This document shows positions 56,084 to 64,000 of a stretch of DNA of 64,000 nt, piece by piece (positions within the stretch are counted from its first letter, which is position 1; each line of letters opens with the position of its first letter). Both the position numbers and the translations under genes were made by a program. The notes beneath the pieces were generated by a model. It was not told the origin of the DNA. It saw only the letters and a program-made list of their open reading frames with translations, and did no database searches. The stretch is taken from assembly GCA_016867315.1 (NCBI GenBank), contig VGJV01000002.1, positions 51,386-115,385 of the forward strand. Reading direction: 5' to 3'. The stretch comes from Candidatus Liptonbacteria bacterium (GTDB lineage Bacteria > Patescibacteriota > Minisyncoccia > UBA6257 > 2-01-FULL-56-20).

Positions 56084-56968
56084 CTAGGGACTCCAATTGA
56101 TAATAACTTCGTTTACGGTAGGAGAAGTAGTTTGCATCCGATTTGATACAAGAATCACTCGATAGCGGAAATATCGCTTACCACTGTGCAATGTGTAATC
56201 CACCCGTTTCGATACCCCAGGACTCGTAGCATAGTACGTATTCGATGTCCCATCCGATCCCACATACGTCCAAGGACCGCTCGAGGAATTAGAAGTAGCG
56301 AATTGGAAACGCACCTGAGTCTCCGACGGCTGGGTACCCTGCCAAAGTACCGAGTTGATCTGCACCCCGCCTGAAACTCCCGTATCAAATGTGGAAGAAT
56401 CTAATGTCGCGATTGCTGAAGTTGCCACCCAAGAAGCCTGCAGTCTGTAATTCGAAACAAGACAACTATTGGAGGTATACTCGCTATTGTTTGCGCAATT
56501 AAAACTAATCCATCCTGCAACATCATTCCAAGCGTAACCGGAAAACATCCCGTTATCCGCATCAATAAGCACCTGATAATTAGAAGTACCGCATCCATTA
56601 TTATTATGGCAATCGAAGCTGATCCAACCGTATTGATCATTCCATGCATAGCCGCTTAAATTCCCGATGCCGTCATTCGTTACCTGATAATTGGATTGAC
56701 TGCAAATATTACCGCCAGAAGTAGTAGCGCAATCGAGGGAAATATCTTCTACCGAAGAACTTGCATATCCTTTGAGAAACTGGGAGTTCACCTTCACGGT
56801 GTCATTGATATAAAAGTCCATCCAGCCTATAAGATCATTCCACGCATAACGATACGTAGAATCAACATCCGTGGCGGCGCGAGCCACAGAAATGACAAGC
56901 AGGAAAGAAGCTACTCCGCATGCGATCCACAATATGGGGTTGGAATTTCGAGGAGAGGGCGATCTCAT
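56084..56968 (-). CDS. Secreted WND/GW-repeat protein in the pilus operon (putative pilus-associated adhesin)
   Basis: Signal peptide. Four repeats of YAWND(L/Q/V)xGW(M/I)(D/S)F(x)C spaced about 40-45 aa apart. Ser/Thr/Asn-rich. Confidence 0.6.
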   Translation of the reverse strand: MRSPSPRNSNPILWIACGVASFLLVISVARAATDVDSTYRYAWNDLIGWMDFYINDTVKVNSQFLKGYASSSVEDISLDCATTSGGNICSQSNYQVTNDGIGNLSGYAWNDQYGWISFDCHNNNGCGTSNYQVLIDADNGMFSGYAWNDVAGWISFNCANNSEYTSNSCLVSNYRLQASWVATSAIATLDSSTFDTGVSGGVQINSVLWQGTQPSETQVRFQFATSNSSSGPWTYVGSDGTSNTYYATSPGVSKRVDYTLHSGKRYFRYRVILVSNRMQTTSPTVNEVIINWSP

Positions 56969-57630
56969 TGAAATTGAATTTGGATAGAGCCGGTGCTCGT
57001 CGTGTAATAAATTTTTGTAGAAGTAGAAAACTTGCTATTAGTGCTTGTAACGGGGGTATCTTGGCCGGGGCCTCCAAACCAATCTGTTTGGCTGTAGATA
57101 TAACTAGTACGAGATCGAGTGAGATATGTGGAAAGAGTATTGGTAGCGCTTTGCGGCCAGCGGTACACGACGGTAACCCTCTTCGTAGAAGGATCGCTAT
57201 TTCCTCCGCTTGTTACTATAAGATTCCCCGCATCCCGAAAAACATCATCTACATAAAAATAGCGCGTATAGGTCGTAGTTCCCACCTGAAGATTTTCACT
57301 GCCAGACACCGAAGAAAAAGGGGAGGTGCTCGTCGTGAGGTAATATCGATTTGCCGAAGTGGTACTCAAGGCCAGAAGACCATTCCAATCGCCTTGAGAC
57401 CATACGCTCACATTATCCAAAAGTTCTTTCCCAAGGCTTGTACCTACTTGCGACTTAAGTGTCTGCGTATTGCTTCGAAGGACGGGGGCAATAATAGTGG
57501 CTCCTGCTCCAATCATGATGACTCCCACGAGAAGGGCGATCAAAACCTCGATAAGAGACTGCCCTCCACGGGCAGAAAGTAGAAAATAGAAAGTAGAAAA
57601 TAAATTCTTATGTTGATTCATGCCATCCAT
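56965..57630 (-). CDS. Pilin-like protein (prepilin-type N-terminus, Glu5 present)
   Basis: ...LLSARGG|QSLIEVLIALLVGVIMIGAGATII. Unusually long hydrophobic leader (NLFSTFYFLL). Confidence 0.65.
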   Translation of the reverse strand: MDGMNQHKNLFSTFYFLLSARGGQSLIEVLIALLVGVIMIGAGATIIAPVLRSNTQTLKSQVGTSLGKELLDNVSVWSQGDWNGLLALSTTSANRYYLTTSTSPFSSVSGSENLQVGTTTYTRYFYVDDVFRDAGNLIVTSGGNSDPSTKRVTVVYRWPQSATNTLSTYLTRSRTSYIYSQTDWFGGPGQDTPVTSTNSKFSTSTKIYYTTSTGSIQIQFQ

Positions 57631-57665
57631 TCTATTTTCTGCTTTCTAAATTCTATTTTCTAGTC
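57574..57665. repeat. agaaaRtag/ctaYtttct inverted repeats bracketing the start codon of pilin-like gene 56965..57630
   Basis: agaaagtagaaaatagaaagtagaaaataaa (coding, 57574-57604) and attctattttctgctttctaaattctattttctag (57631-57665). Confidence 0.55.
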
Positions 57666-58154
57666 TTAGTAGCTCACCGCCCCACTGGCATTAATTGATA
57701 TTGTAGTCGAAGCTGACCCGGATTTGGTCTGGATAATGACGGAAGTGGCCGTAGAAGCCAATCCGGTAATTTGAGCAAACGTTATTTCTTTAGTAGCTCC
57801 GGACCCTAAACTCGAAGTGGTATATGAAACAGTTTTAGGCAAAGGATAATGTCCCACGCGGGTAGAAGTCGTGTACGTGCCGTAAAAAAGCACATAAAAA
57901 GGCGTGGTAGAAGTGCTATTTTCAAAGTGTACTCCCCATACGGAACTTGAAGCCCGACTAAGAGACCTGCTCTGCGCTTCCCGCAAGGTAGCAGTCACTC
58001 GTTTTATCGTATCTTCAAATTCAGTTCTACTCTGGAATCCGAAAAGGCCAGTGAAGAGAAATGCGGCAAGAATCGCTCCAATAAAAAGCACGAGGGTAAT
58101 TTCCAATATAGTAAATCCTCTTCTATCGGTAATATGCTTTTGTAGTGCCCGCAT
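57666..58154 (-). CDS. Prepilin-type N-terminal cleavage/methylation domain protein (minor pilin)
   Basis: MRALQKHITDRRG|FTILEITLVLFIGAILAAFLF is a classic class III signal with Glu5. Confidence 0.8.
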   Translation of the reverse strand: MRALQKHITDRRGFTILEITLVLFIGAILAAFLFTGLFGFQSRTEFEDTIKRVTATLREAQSRSLSRASSSVWGVHFENSTSTTPFYVLFYGTYTTSTRVGHYPLPKTVSYTTSSLGSGATKEITFAQITGLASTATSVIIQTKSGSASTTISINASGAVSY

Positions 58155-58181
58155 TCTATTTTCTTTTTTATTTTCTAATGC

Positions 58182-59387
58182 CTAGAACTGAGTGGTAAGC
58201 TGATAAATTGGCACAATAATCGAAAGCGCAATAAGGACCACTATTCCTCCCATGCCCATAATGAGAAGTGGCTCAAGCACCGACACTAGCGACTTAATAC
58301 TCGCATCAATACTCGTGGCATAAAATTCACCCAAAGTTTCGAGCACTTCTTCGAGATGCCCGGCCTTTTCGGAAATTGCAATAAGATTTACTACCACCTT
58401 AGGAAATACCACTTCTCGACGGAATGCCTCCCCAATAGTAAGCCCTTTGGCAAGTCCTTCTCGAGCTACCCGCAATAACGCATAACGATATTCCTCCGAT
58501 CCTACGGCATCCGCAGTAATCTCAATGGTCTGGATAATAGGAAGTCCGGCTTTTAAAAGCAACGCCATAGTTGAAACCATTCGCTGAATTGCCACCTCGC
58601 GATAAACACTCTTAATAACAGGGATCCGGCTCATAACTTGGTCCACAATCCGACGACCCACAGAAGTTCGAGTAAAGAAGTATACCCCTCCTAACAGCAA
58701 CCCGATAAAGAGAATGGAGATAACCACAATATGTTCTCCTATGAAAAGACCCACGCCAAAAACCACTCGGGAAAAGAACGGCGGATTGATACCAGAATCA
58801 GTAAAAACCTTAGCAATTTTAGGCAGCGCAAAAGTCACAAGAAACACAAGCACCGCAAAGGCCGCGATAAGAAGAATGATGGGATAGATGAGTGCCGAGC
58901 GAATTCGAATGCGAAGCTCGGCTTCTCGATTCATAGATATGGAAAGATCTTCAAAAGTCTGTTGCAAGCTTCCCGAAGCTTCGGCCGCCTTAATAAGATT
59001 CACAAAAGTCGCAGGGAAAATAGTGGGATATTTTGCAAAAGCCTGATGGAAAGGTAACCCGCGAGTGAGATTCTCCCGCACTTCCAGGAGAAAGTTACGC
59101 ATGGCAGGATTATCAAAATCTCCAATCAAAATATTGATTGCGGAAAGCAAATCAGTCCCCACCCGAAGCATGAGCGCGAGGTACTTTGTAAGGAACACTT
59201 TATCGGTAATAGTGATCCCTCCGAAAATCCTTTTTACTCCGCCGCCTTTTTGTGCCAACGGCGTAATAGTAACCGGCCGCAATTCCTTCGCTGAAAGAAA
59301 TTGAAGTACCTGGGGTAAATTCACGGCATCCGTATCCCCCTCTACAACTTTTCCGGTTTTATCCGATGCAATGTAGTGATACAACAT
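58182..59387 (-). CDS. pilC: Type IV pilus inner-membrane platform protein PilC (GspF family)
   Basis: Two GspF repeats, three TM helices. 401 aa. Confidence 0.85.
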   Translation of the reverse strand: MLYHYIASDKTGKVVEGDTDAVNLPQVLQFLSAKELRPVTITPLAQKGGGVKRIFGGITITDKVFLTKYLALMLRVGTDLLSAINILIGDFDNPAMRNFLLEVRENLTRGLPFHQAFAKYPTIFPATFVNLIKAAEASGSLQQTFEDLSISMNREAELRIRIRSALIYPIILLIAAFAVLVFLVTFALPKIAKVFTDSGINPPFFSRVVFGVGLFIGEHIVVISILFIGLLLGGVYFFTRTSVGRRIVDQVMSRIPVIKSVYREVAIQRMVSTMALLLKAGLPIIQTIEITADAVGSEEYRYALLRVAREGLAKGLTIGEAFRREVVFPKVVVNLIAISEKAGHLEEVLETLGEFYATSIDASIKSLVSVLEPLLIMGMGGIVVLIALSIIVPIYQLTTQF

Positions 59388-59391
59388 AAGA

Positions 59392-61104
59392 TTATTCGCG
59401 TATTACCCGCATCACTTCTTCGAGCGTAGTAAGGGCAAGCTCGGCCTTCTCAAGACCGTCTTCGAACATGGTCTTCATGCCTGCCTTCCGTGCTTCTGAC
59501 CGAAGCGTGTCCAAACTGAAATGGGAATCGGTAATAATTTTCTTGATACCCTCAGAAACTTCAAGCACCTCGAAAATACCAAGTCTGCCCTTATATCCGC
59601 TCCCCTCGCACGCGTTACAGCCTTTCCCCCGATATACCGTTTTAGGAAAATAAGCTTCTTTCTCAAGTCCGAGCTCATTAAATTGAGACTGGATCACCTG
59701 CTTATATTCCGGCTTCATTTCCTCGGAAGAAATGCAAGTAGGGCAAATTCGCCGTACAAGACGTTGTGCTACTATCACATTCAACACCGAAGCGACGAGG
59801 AATGGAGGAATACCTAAATCGAAAAGCCGGGGCACTGCAGTGGGCGCATCATTCGTGTGAAGCGAGGACATTAGTAAGTGCCCCGTAAGAGCGGCTTGGA
59901 CAGCAATGTTCGCAGTTTCCGCATCTCGAATTTCCCCCACCATGATAATGTTTGGATCTTGCCGAAGAAATGCCCGAAGACCTGAAGCAAAGGTAACTCC
60001 CGCCTGAGGATTGATTTGGGTTTGATTCACATATCGCATGTTGTACTCAATAGGGTCTTCAATGGTCACAAGATTCACGTGAGGCTTATTTAAAATATTG
60101 ATGAGCGCATAAAGCGTCGTGGTCTTCCCTGAACCCGTAGGGCCACAGGATAACACCATGCCATAAGTCTTCTTTAAATTAGTGCGAATCAAAGTAGCCG
60201 GTTGAGGTAAAAGCCCCAACTCTTCCAAAGAAAGCGGTTTCTGGGAAGATTCGAGCAACCGCATTTCGATCTTCTCTCCATAGAAAGTAGGCATGATGGA
60301 AACCCGGACATCAACTATTTGATTCACAATATGATGACGAAACCGCCCATCTTGAGGTTTGAAATGCTCGTCAATCTTAAGACCCGAAAGTAATTTTAAT
60401 CGAGCAAGAAGCGCGGGATGAATAATCTTAGGAATTGAAAGTACTTCGTGGAGTATCCCGTCTACGCGATAGCGAATCAGCATCTGATCCTCAAGCACTT
60501 CGAGATGTACATCCGATGCCCTCGAAGCCACCGCAAAAGAAAGAAGATTGTCGACGATTGCCGCGACGGGTAAGTCTGCCGCTGCCTCCTCGGCGCTTTT
60601 AGTTTGGGATTGCAAAGAAGCATGGATATTCTCCTCGATAAGCTTCTTGAAATCTTTTCCGAGCTCATACCCATAAATTGCGAACCCGCGATTCAAGTCC
60701 TCAGACATTGCAAGAAAAGGTCGGGTGCGAGCCTTGAGATGTTGCGCTAAGAATTCGAGCGTCTCCAAGTCCGATGGATCCGCCATCGCCACATCATAAG
60801 TACCATCCTGCTCTCGCCCAAAGATAATGACCTGCCGTTGCCGGGCAATTTCTTCGGAAAGCAGCTGCACTAAATCTTTGTTGATGGGATGGAGCCGCAG
60901 ATTAACTCTTCCTACCCCCAACATTTTGGCTACCAAATCCCCGAGATATTCTGATTCCACCACTCCCTCGGAAACCAACACATCTAAAATACTCTGATTT
61001 TTTCTATCTGCTTCCGCATAGAAAGCATCGAAGCGGTCAGGAGTGATGAGATTCTCCTCTACCAATCGTCGTTTAAGTTGAAAAGAAGGAATAGGAAGCT
61101 TCAT
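59392..61104 (-). CDS. pilB: Type IV pilus assembly ATPase PilB (GspE family)
   Basis: Walker A GPTGSGKTT, Asp box, Walker B and His box. N-terminal GSPII-like domain. 570 aa. Confidence 0.9.
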   Translation of the reverse strand: MKLPIPSFQLKRRLVEENLITPDRFDAFYAEADRKNQSILDVLVSEGVVESEYLGDLVAKMLGVGRVNLRLHPINKDLVQLLSEEIARQRQVIIFGREQDGTYDVAMADPSDLETLEFLAQHLKARTRPFLAMSEDLNRGFAIYGYELGKDFKKLIEENIHASLQSQTKSAEEAAADLPVAAIVDNLLSFAVASRASDVHLEVLEDQMLIRYRVDGILHEVLSIPKIIHPALLARLKLLSGLKIDEHFKPQDGRFRHHIVNQIVDVRVSIMPTFYGEKIEMRLLESSQKPLSLEELGLLPQPATLIRTNLKKTYGMVLSCGPTGSGKTTTLYALINILNKPHVNLVTIEDPIEYNMRYVNQTQINPQAGVTFASGLRAFLRQDPNIIMVGEIRDAETANIAVQAALTGHLLMSSLHTNDAPTAVPRLFDLGIPPFLVASVLNVIVAQRLVRRICPTCISSEEMKPEYKQVIQSQFNELGLEKEAYFPKTVYRGKGCNACEGSGYKGRLGIFEVLEVSEGIKKIITDSHFSLDTLRSEARKAGMKTMFEDGLEKAELALTTLEEVMRVIRE

Positions 61105-61227
61105 CCCATTAGAAACAGACTCCAGGAAGGAGCCGTAGCAAAACGACCCTTATACCGACCCACATTGTTCTTTACCAAATATTGTCTCATCGAAATTTTA
61201 AAAGCTTTGTTATCACGGAATAGAAAA

Positions 61228-61800
61228 CTAAAGCGCAAAGAGATTTCTCACCGACTCCGGAATGAAGTATTGCTCCAAAATTATAACAGACATCGCGATA
61301 GGCACCCACCAATAATAAAGAGGAGCTCGTCCCCAGTGAAACGCGGCGTACACTCCCGTAAGTAAAAACCCGATTAACAATACCGCCACTCCATACCATA
61401 AAAAAGTAGGGAATCCCGCAAGGAAAAAACACAATCCTAAAAGGGCCGCTTCTCCCTTTTCAAAAAAACGATCCCTGCAATAGCAATTGAGCCAATGTGC
61501 CACAAAAGCCAGTGACACTCCCGCTACCAACGAAAAAATCCAAGGAGCAAACAACCGTCTTACATAAAGGAGAAAATAATCTGATGACTGATAAGGGGGA
61601 AGAAAAAAGCGGGTAACTTCATTTCCCTGCCATGCCCAATAAAGAGCGGATGCCCAATACATAAGCACCCCCCCAATGATCACACCTCCAGCAATCCAAA
61701 ATACCTTCACGGTCCTTCGAAAAGAAGAAAGGGGGAGCAAACACTGCAACACAAAACAAGCTGAGAGAAGGGCGAAGCCCAGCTTGTCGGTGAGAAACAT
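61228..61800 (-). CDS. Polytopic membrane protein, possible short prepilin peptidase (A24-like)
   Basis: 190 aa, five or six TM helices, located between pilB and the major pilin. Canonical GGDVKL is not clearly present (FEKGEAALLG). Confidence 0.35.
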   Translation of the reverse strand: MFLTDKLGFALLSACFVLQCLLPLSSFRRTVKVFWIAGGVIIGGVLMYWASALYWAWQGNEVTRFFLPPYQSSDYFLLYVRRLFAPWIFSLVAGVSLAFVAHWLNCYCRDRFFEKGEAALLGLCFFLAGFPTFLWYGVAVLLIGFLLTGVYAAFHWGRAPLYYWWVPIAMSVIILEQYFIPESVRNLFAL

Positions 61801-61805
61801 ACGTA

Positions 61806-62405
61806 TTACAAATCGAGCCCTGGATCAGTACCTACTTCATAAAGAGTCGAACTTGACCCTCCGTCGGTTGATTCTACATCGTTAGATCCCCCGCTCGAGT
61901 ATCGTGTGCTCTCCATTTCCGCATTGAGCTCAAAAGTATAGTTGGTTTCTTCCGCGGCATAACTATAAAAGTAAGTGGCGTTATTGATGGGATCGATAGG
62001 TAGTACGCTTAAGGGAGCTCCGGAACTAATAGCATTGAAGTTTACGGGGAGCCAACCAGACATGTCCACTGTCCGGGCACTGCTCGTCTGTACCGTGGTC
62101 GCGCTGCTATATCGGCCGTTACACCCGGAAGCAGTCGCCGTAGCCGTAGAGGACGTGTGCGCGTAACATTTGCTGTTGGTTCCCGTAATATCGGGACTTG
62201 CTACGTCAGCCATATACAAACTAAGTGCACTCTTCAAAGTAGAAAGGTCGGATATTCGATTTGAATCCCTGGCTTGTCTCAAAAGTTGAGCCGGGTTCAG
62301 CGTGATTACAAGCACTACCGACAATACCGCCACAATAGCAATTACCACGAGCAATTCGATAAGCGTGAATCCCTTTGCGGCACGAGAGTGATGTAAATTG
62401 GACAT
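61806..62405 (-). CDS. pilA: Type IV pilin (candidate major pilin)
   Basis: MSNLHHSRAAKG|FTLIELLVVIAIVAVLSVVLV is a class III signal with Glu5. 199 aa with a Ser/Thr-rich C-terminal domain. Confidence 0.85.
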   Translation of the reverse strand: MSNLHHSRAAKGFTLIELLVVIAIVAVLSVVLVITLNPAQLLRQARDSNRISDLSTLKSALSLYMADVASPDITGTNSKCYAHTSSTATATASGCNGRYSSATTVQTSSARTVDMSGWLPVNFNAISSGAPLSVLPIDPINNATYFYSYAAEETNYTFELNAEMESTRYSSGGSNDVESTDGGSSSTLYEVGTDPGLDL

Positions 62406-62456
62406 AATTTCCCCTTTAAGTATTTAGATCGGCTTGAGTCCATTATACTAAATCCC

Positions 62457-63173
62457 TTATTGGGAGGGTGTGGATAACTCTCCGAATCGCGCAAATTCCT
62501 CGGGAGGTTCCGCCTCTAATCGCAACACGCTCCCCGACCCCATAAGGGGAAACTCGAGTACTAAAGCATGAAGCATGAGTCGACTCTGAAACGGAAGCTT
62601 TTTCCCATATAAAACATCTCCGACTACTGAATGACCGATGCTCGCACAATGCACCCGAATTTGATGGGTGCGTCCCGTCTCCGGCCTAAGCTCGAGAAGA
62701 GAAAACTGCTCCCCTTCTTTATTAATAGTATTTCGCACCGAATACCGGGTGATAGCTTCTTTCTGCATCCGCGTGGAATGCACGCTCCGGCGAGTACTTT
62801 CATTGAGCACTCCGATGGGCTTTTGAATCACCCCTTTCCTCTCTCGGGGTTCTCCACGCACCCATGCTAAATAGGTTTTCTTGATAACGCGGGTAGCAAA
62901 AAGCGACTTAAGATATTCGAAGGATGCCTGGGTTTTAGCCGCCACCATCACCCCCGAAGTGTCCCGGTCCAATCGATGAACAATACCCGGCCTATTTTCC
63001 GGATCATCCCCCACCGTTTTTACAGATGGATATTTTTGCGTCAGCCAATCCGCGAGCGTGAGTTCTTTATTATCAAATTTGGAATTTTTAATTTTATGGA
63101 CCAAAAGTCCTGCCGGCTTGTTCACGGCCACCAAGTTTTCATCCTCATAAATAATTTCGGGTTCGAGCATTAA
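62457..63173 (-). CDS. RluA-family pseudouridine synthase
   Basis: HRLDRDTSG catalytic motif. Trimmed to the MLEPEIIYED start because the longer ORF overlaps tRNA-Ile. Confidence 0.8.
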   Translation of the reverse strand, partial: LMLEPEIIYEDENLVAVNKPAGLLVHKIKNSKFDNKELTLADWLTQKYPSVKTVGDDPENRPGIVHRLDRDTSGVMVAAKTQASFEYLKSLFATRVIKKTYLAWVRGEPRERKGVIQKPIGVLNESTRRSVHSTRMQKEAITRYSVRNTINKEGEQFSLLELRPETGRTHQIRVHCASIGHSVVGDVLYGKKLPFQSRLMLHALVLEFPLMGSGSVLRLEAEPPEEFARFGELSTPSQ

Positions 63174-63174
63174 G

Positions 63175-63247
63175 GTGGGTGTGGAAGGAATCGAACCTTC
63201 GACCTCTGTCTTATCAGGACAGCGTTCTACCACTGAACTACACACCC
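63175..63247 (-). tRNA. tRNA-Ile (anticodon GAT)
   Basis: GGGTGTGTAGTTCAGTGGTAGAACGCTGTCCTGATAAGACAGAGGTCGAAGGTTCGATTCCTTCCACACCCACC. Anticodon loop CTGATAA. CCA is not fully encoded. Confidence 0.85.
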
Positions 63248-63299
63248 GTATAAAATTTCGTTTTCTCCGAGCGAACCATTTGTATCAAAATACTTTGAT

Positions 63300-63335
63300 A
63301 TCAGGACAGCGTTCTACCACTGAACTACACACCCG
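63300..63335 (-). pseudogene. Partial duplicate of tRNA-Ile (positions 1-36, from the 5' end through the anticodon), followed on the minus strand by a tatcaaa-atac-tttgata hairpin
   Basis: 36-nt exact identity to 63213-63248. Diverges immediately 3' of the anticodon GAT. Confidence 0.6.
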
Positions 63336-63413
63336 CGTGTCGCACACTATCATACGATTTTAGAACGAAAAATCAATCTTTAAGGCGTTGTCCCCTAATG
63401 GTAATTGTTGGGG

Positions 63414-63485
63414 TGCGTCCTGGAGGGATCGAACCTCCGACCTTTTGCGTGTCATGCAAACGCTCTACCACTGAGCTAAGGACGC
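63414..63485 (-). tRNA. tRNA-Val (anticodon GAC)
   Basis: GCGTCCTTAGCTCAGTGGTAGAGCGTTTGCATGACACGCAAAAGGTCGGAGGTTCGATCCCTCCAGGACGCA. Anticodon loop ATGACAC. CCA not encoded (CCC). Confidence 0.8.
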
Positions 63486-63493
63486 AAACGAAC

Positions 63494-63709
63494 TTATTGT
63501 ATCCCAGGAAGCTTCAACTTCTGAAATTCTTCGAAACGGAAATTAACCCCCTTTTCCTCTCCGCTCTTTACCGTAATAGCTTGAGTAAGATTTGCCGTCA
63601 AGGCGGCGATCCCCCACGCCGTATACATAAAAAGAAATATAAGAAACCCCAACGCGCAAAAAATAAGCACGAACTCTTGATGTAAACGCAGAAACTCTCG
63701 GATCCTCAT
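63494..63709 (-). CDS. Small membrane protein (hypothetical)
   Basis: 71 aa, one TM helix (LIFCALGFLIFLFMYTAWGIAAL). Confidence 0.4.
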   Translation of the reverse strand: MRIREFLRLHQEFVLIFCALGFLIFLFMYTAWGIAALTANLTQAITVKSGEEKGVNFRFEEFQKLKLPGIQ

Positions 63710-63710
63710 C

Positions 63711-63950
63711 TTACTTAAAAAATACCCTGCCTTGTCCTAAAAATCGATACTCTTCCCCGCCCCGAGTAAGATCGAAAGAATCGAACGTTGCAAGAAACCG
63801 AGGCGGCTCGAACTCCACATCTTTAAGGAATCCCATAATGTCCGCGTAAGCGCCCGTAACATCCAGAGAAAATCCCACCGATCCCGGCGTGTTCCCTTGT
63901 GGCAATGCTTGCCCGCCTTGAAACGCGAAGTTCAATGCCACCTTTCGCAC
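63711..63950 (-). CDS. Hypothetical protein (may extend beyond the window edge)
   Basis: 79 aa as tracked. Its stop is 2 nt before the next gene start. Confidence 0.3.
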   Translation of the reverse strand: MRKVALNFAFQGGQALPQGNTPGSVGFSLDVTGAYADIMGFLKDVEFEPPRFLATFDSFDLTRGGEEYRFLGQGRVFFK

Positions 63951-64000
63951 CCGAGCTAAATTGTCGAGCGTACGGGGAAAATCGAGGAGTTGTTCTTGGG

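Noticed and set aside
55588-62405. Diversity-generating retroelement (DGR) or invertible shufflon acting on pilin genes
   Set aside because: There is no reverse transcriptase and no site-specific recombinase/invertase in or near the locus. The inverted repeats flank the 5' start region, not C-terminal variable cassettes. They were interpreted instead as RNA hairpins or slippage-prone repeats.
63174-63245. N-terminal extension of the RluA ORF
   Set aside because: Overlaps tRNA-Ile. The start was moved to the ATG at 63173.
1-64000. rRNA genes, CRISPR arrays, transposases, integrases, prophage
   Set aside because: No 16S/23S/5S-like conserved blocks were seen. No regularly spaced direct repeats with unique spacers, and no cas, transposase or integrase ORFs.

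Overview
This 64 kb window looks like a compact, gene-dense bacterial chromosome segment with almost every gene on the minus strand and about 50% GC. The gene content points to a Candidate Phyla Radiation (CPR) / Patescibacteria-type organism, but that is an inference. The supporting signs are no L30 gene between rpsE and rplO, an archaeal-type cytidylate kinase next to adk, a type IV pilus locus, and large secreted repeat proteins. The standard genetic code is in use: RF2 is present with its programmed +1 frameshift at CUU UGA C, and UGA stops are normal.

Order along the window:
- A thiol-disulfide module: a thioredoxin-like protein and ccdA.
- ftsX and ftsE; prfB; a peptidoglycan-binding protein; tRNA-Thr; dnaE (plus strand).
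- A TagD-like cytidylyltransferase, lysS, greA, a GT2 glycosyltransferase, map, archaeal-type cmk, adk and secY.
- A nearly complete spc/S10 ribosomal-protein block from rplO to rplC, with no L30 gene.
- rplC is separated from rpsJ by about 1.3 kb carrying a RelE/ParE toxin-antitoxin pair and an unusual GC-rich structured repeat.
- tuf, fusA, rpsG and rpsL; an M50 site-2 protease; tRNA-Arg; an arginase-family hydrolase (plus strand).
- A candidate cell-surface operon: a bifunctional peptidoglycan-binding M15/S11 carboxypeptidase, a membrane-anchored Kelch beta-propeller, a small anchored protein, and a 953-aa secreted protein. The large protein carries 5 four-cysteine and 6 two-cysteine tandem modules plus Gly/Pro/Gln low-complexity regions.
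- An RRM protein and a pseudo-receiver/zinc-finger protein (both plus strand), an inositol monophosphatase, truB, an ankyrin protein and rmuC.
- ftsZ, ftsA, ybeY, yqeY, rpsU, a HIT protein, hisS, lepB and pth.
- A type IV pilus locus: a pilM-pilN fusion, three pilin-like genes, a WND-repeat secreted protein, pilC, pilB, a putative prepilin peptidase and a major pilin.
- An RluA pseudouridine synthase, then tRNA-Ile and tRNA-Val with a 36-nt duplicate of the tRNA-Ile 5' half.

No rRNA, CRISPR array, transposase or integrase was seen.

The most unusual signal is a roughly 95-nt GC-rich element present in four full and three partial copies (about 12.4, 17.2, 27.1 and 38.1 kb). Its 65-nt core is conserved, while the 14-21 bp closing helix differs in sequence at each copy yet keeps its complementarity. 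Compensatory changes also appear in the inner helices. This is a candidate novel structured RNA or repeat family.

Two families of AT-rich inverted-repeat hairpins punctuate the intergenic regions. One is built on aatttctaatt/aattagaaatt. The other is built on agaaaRtag/ctaYtttct, and it sequesters the start codons of two pilin-like genes.
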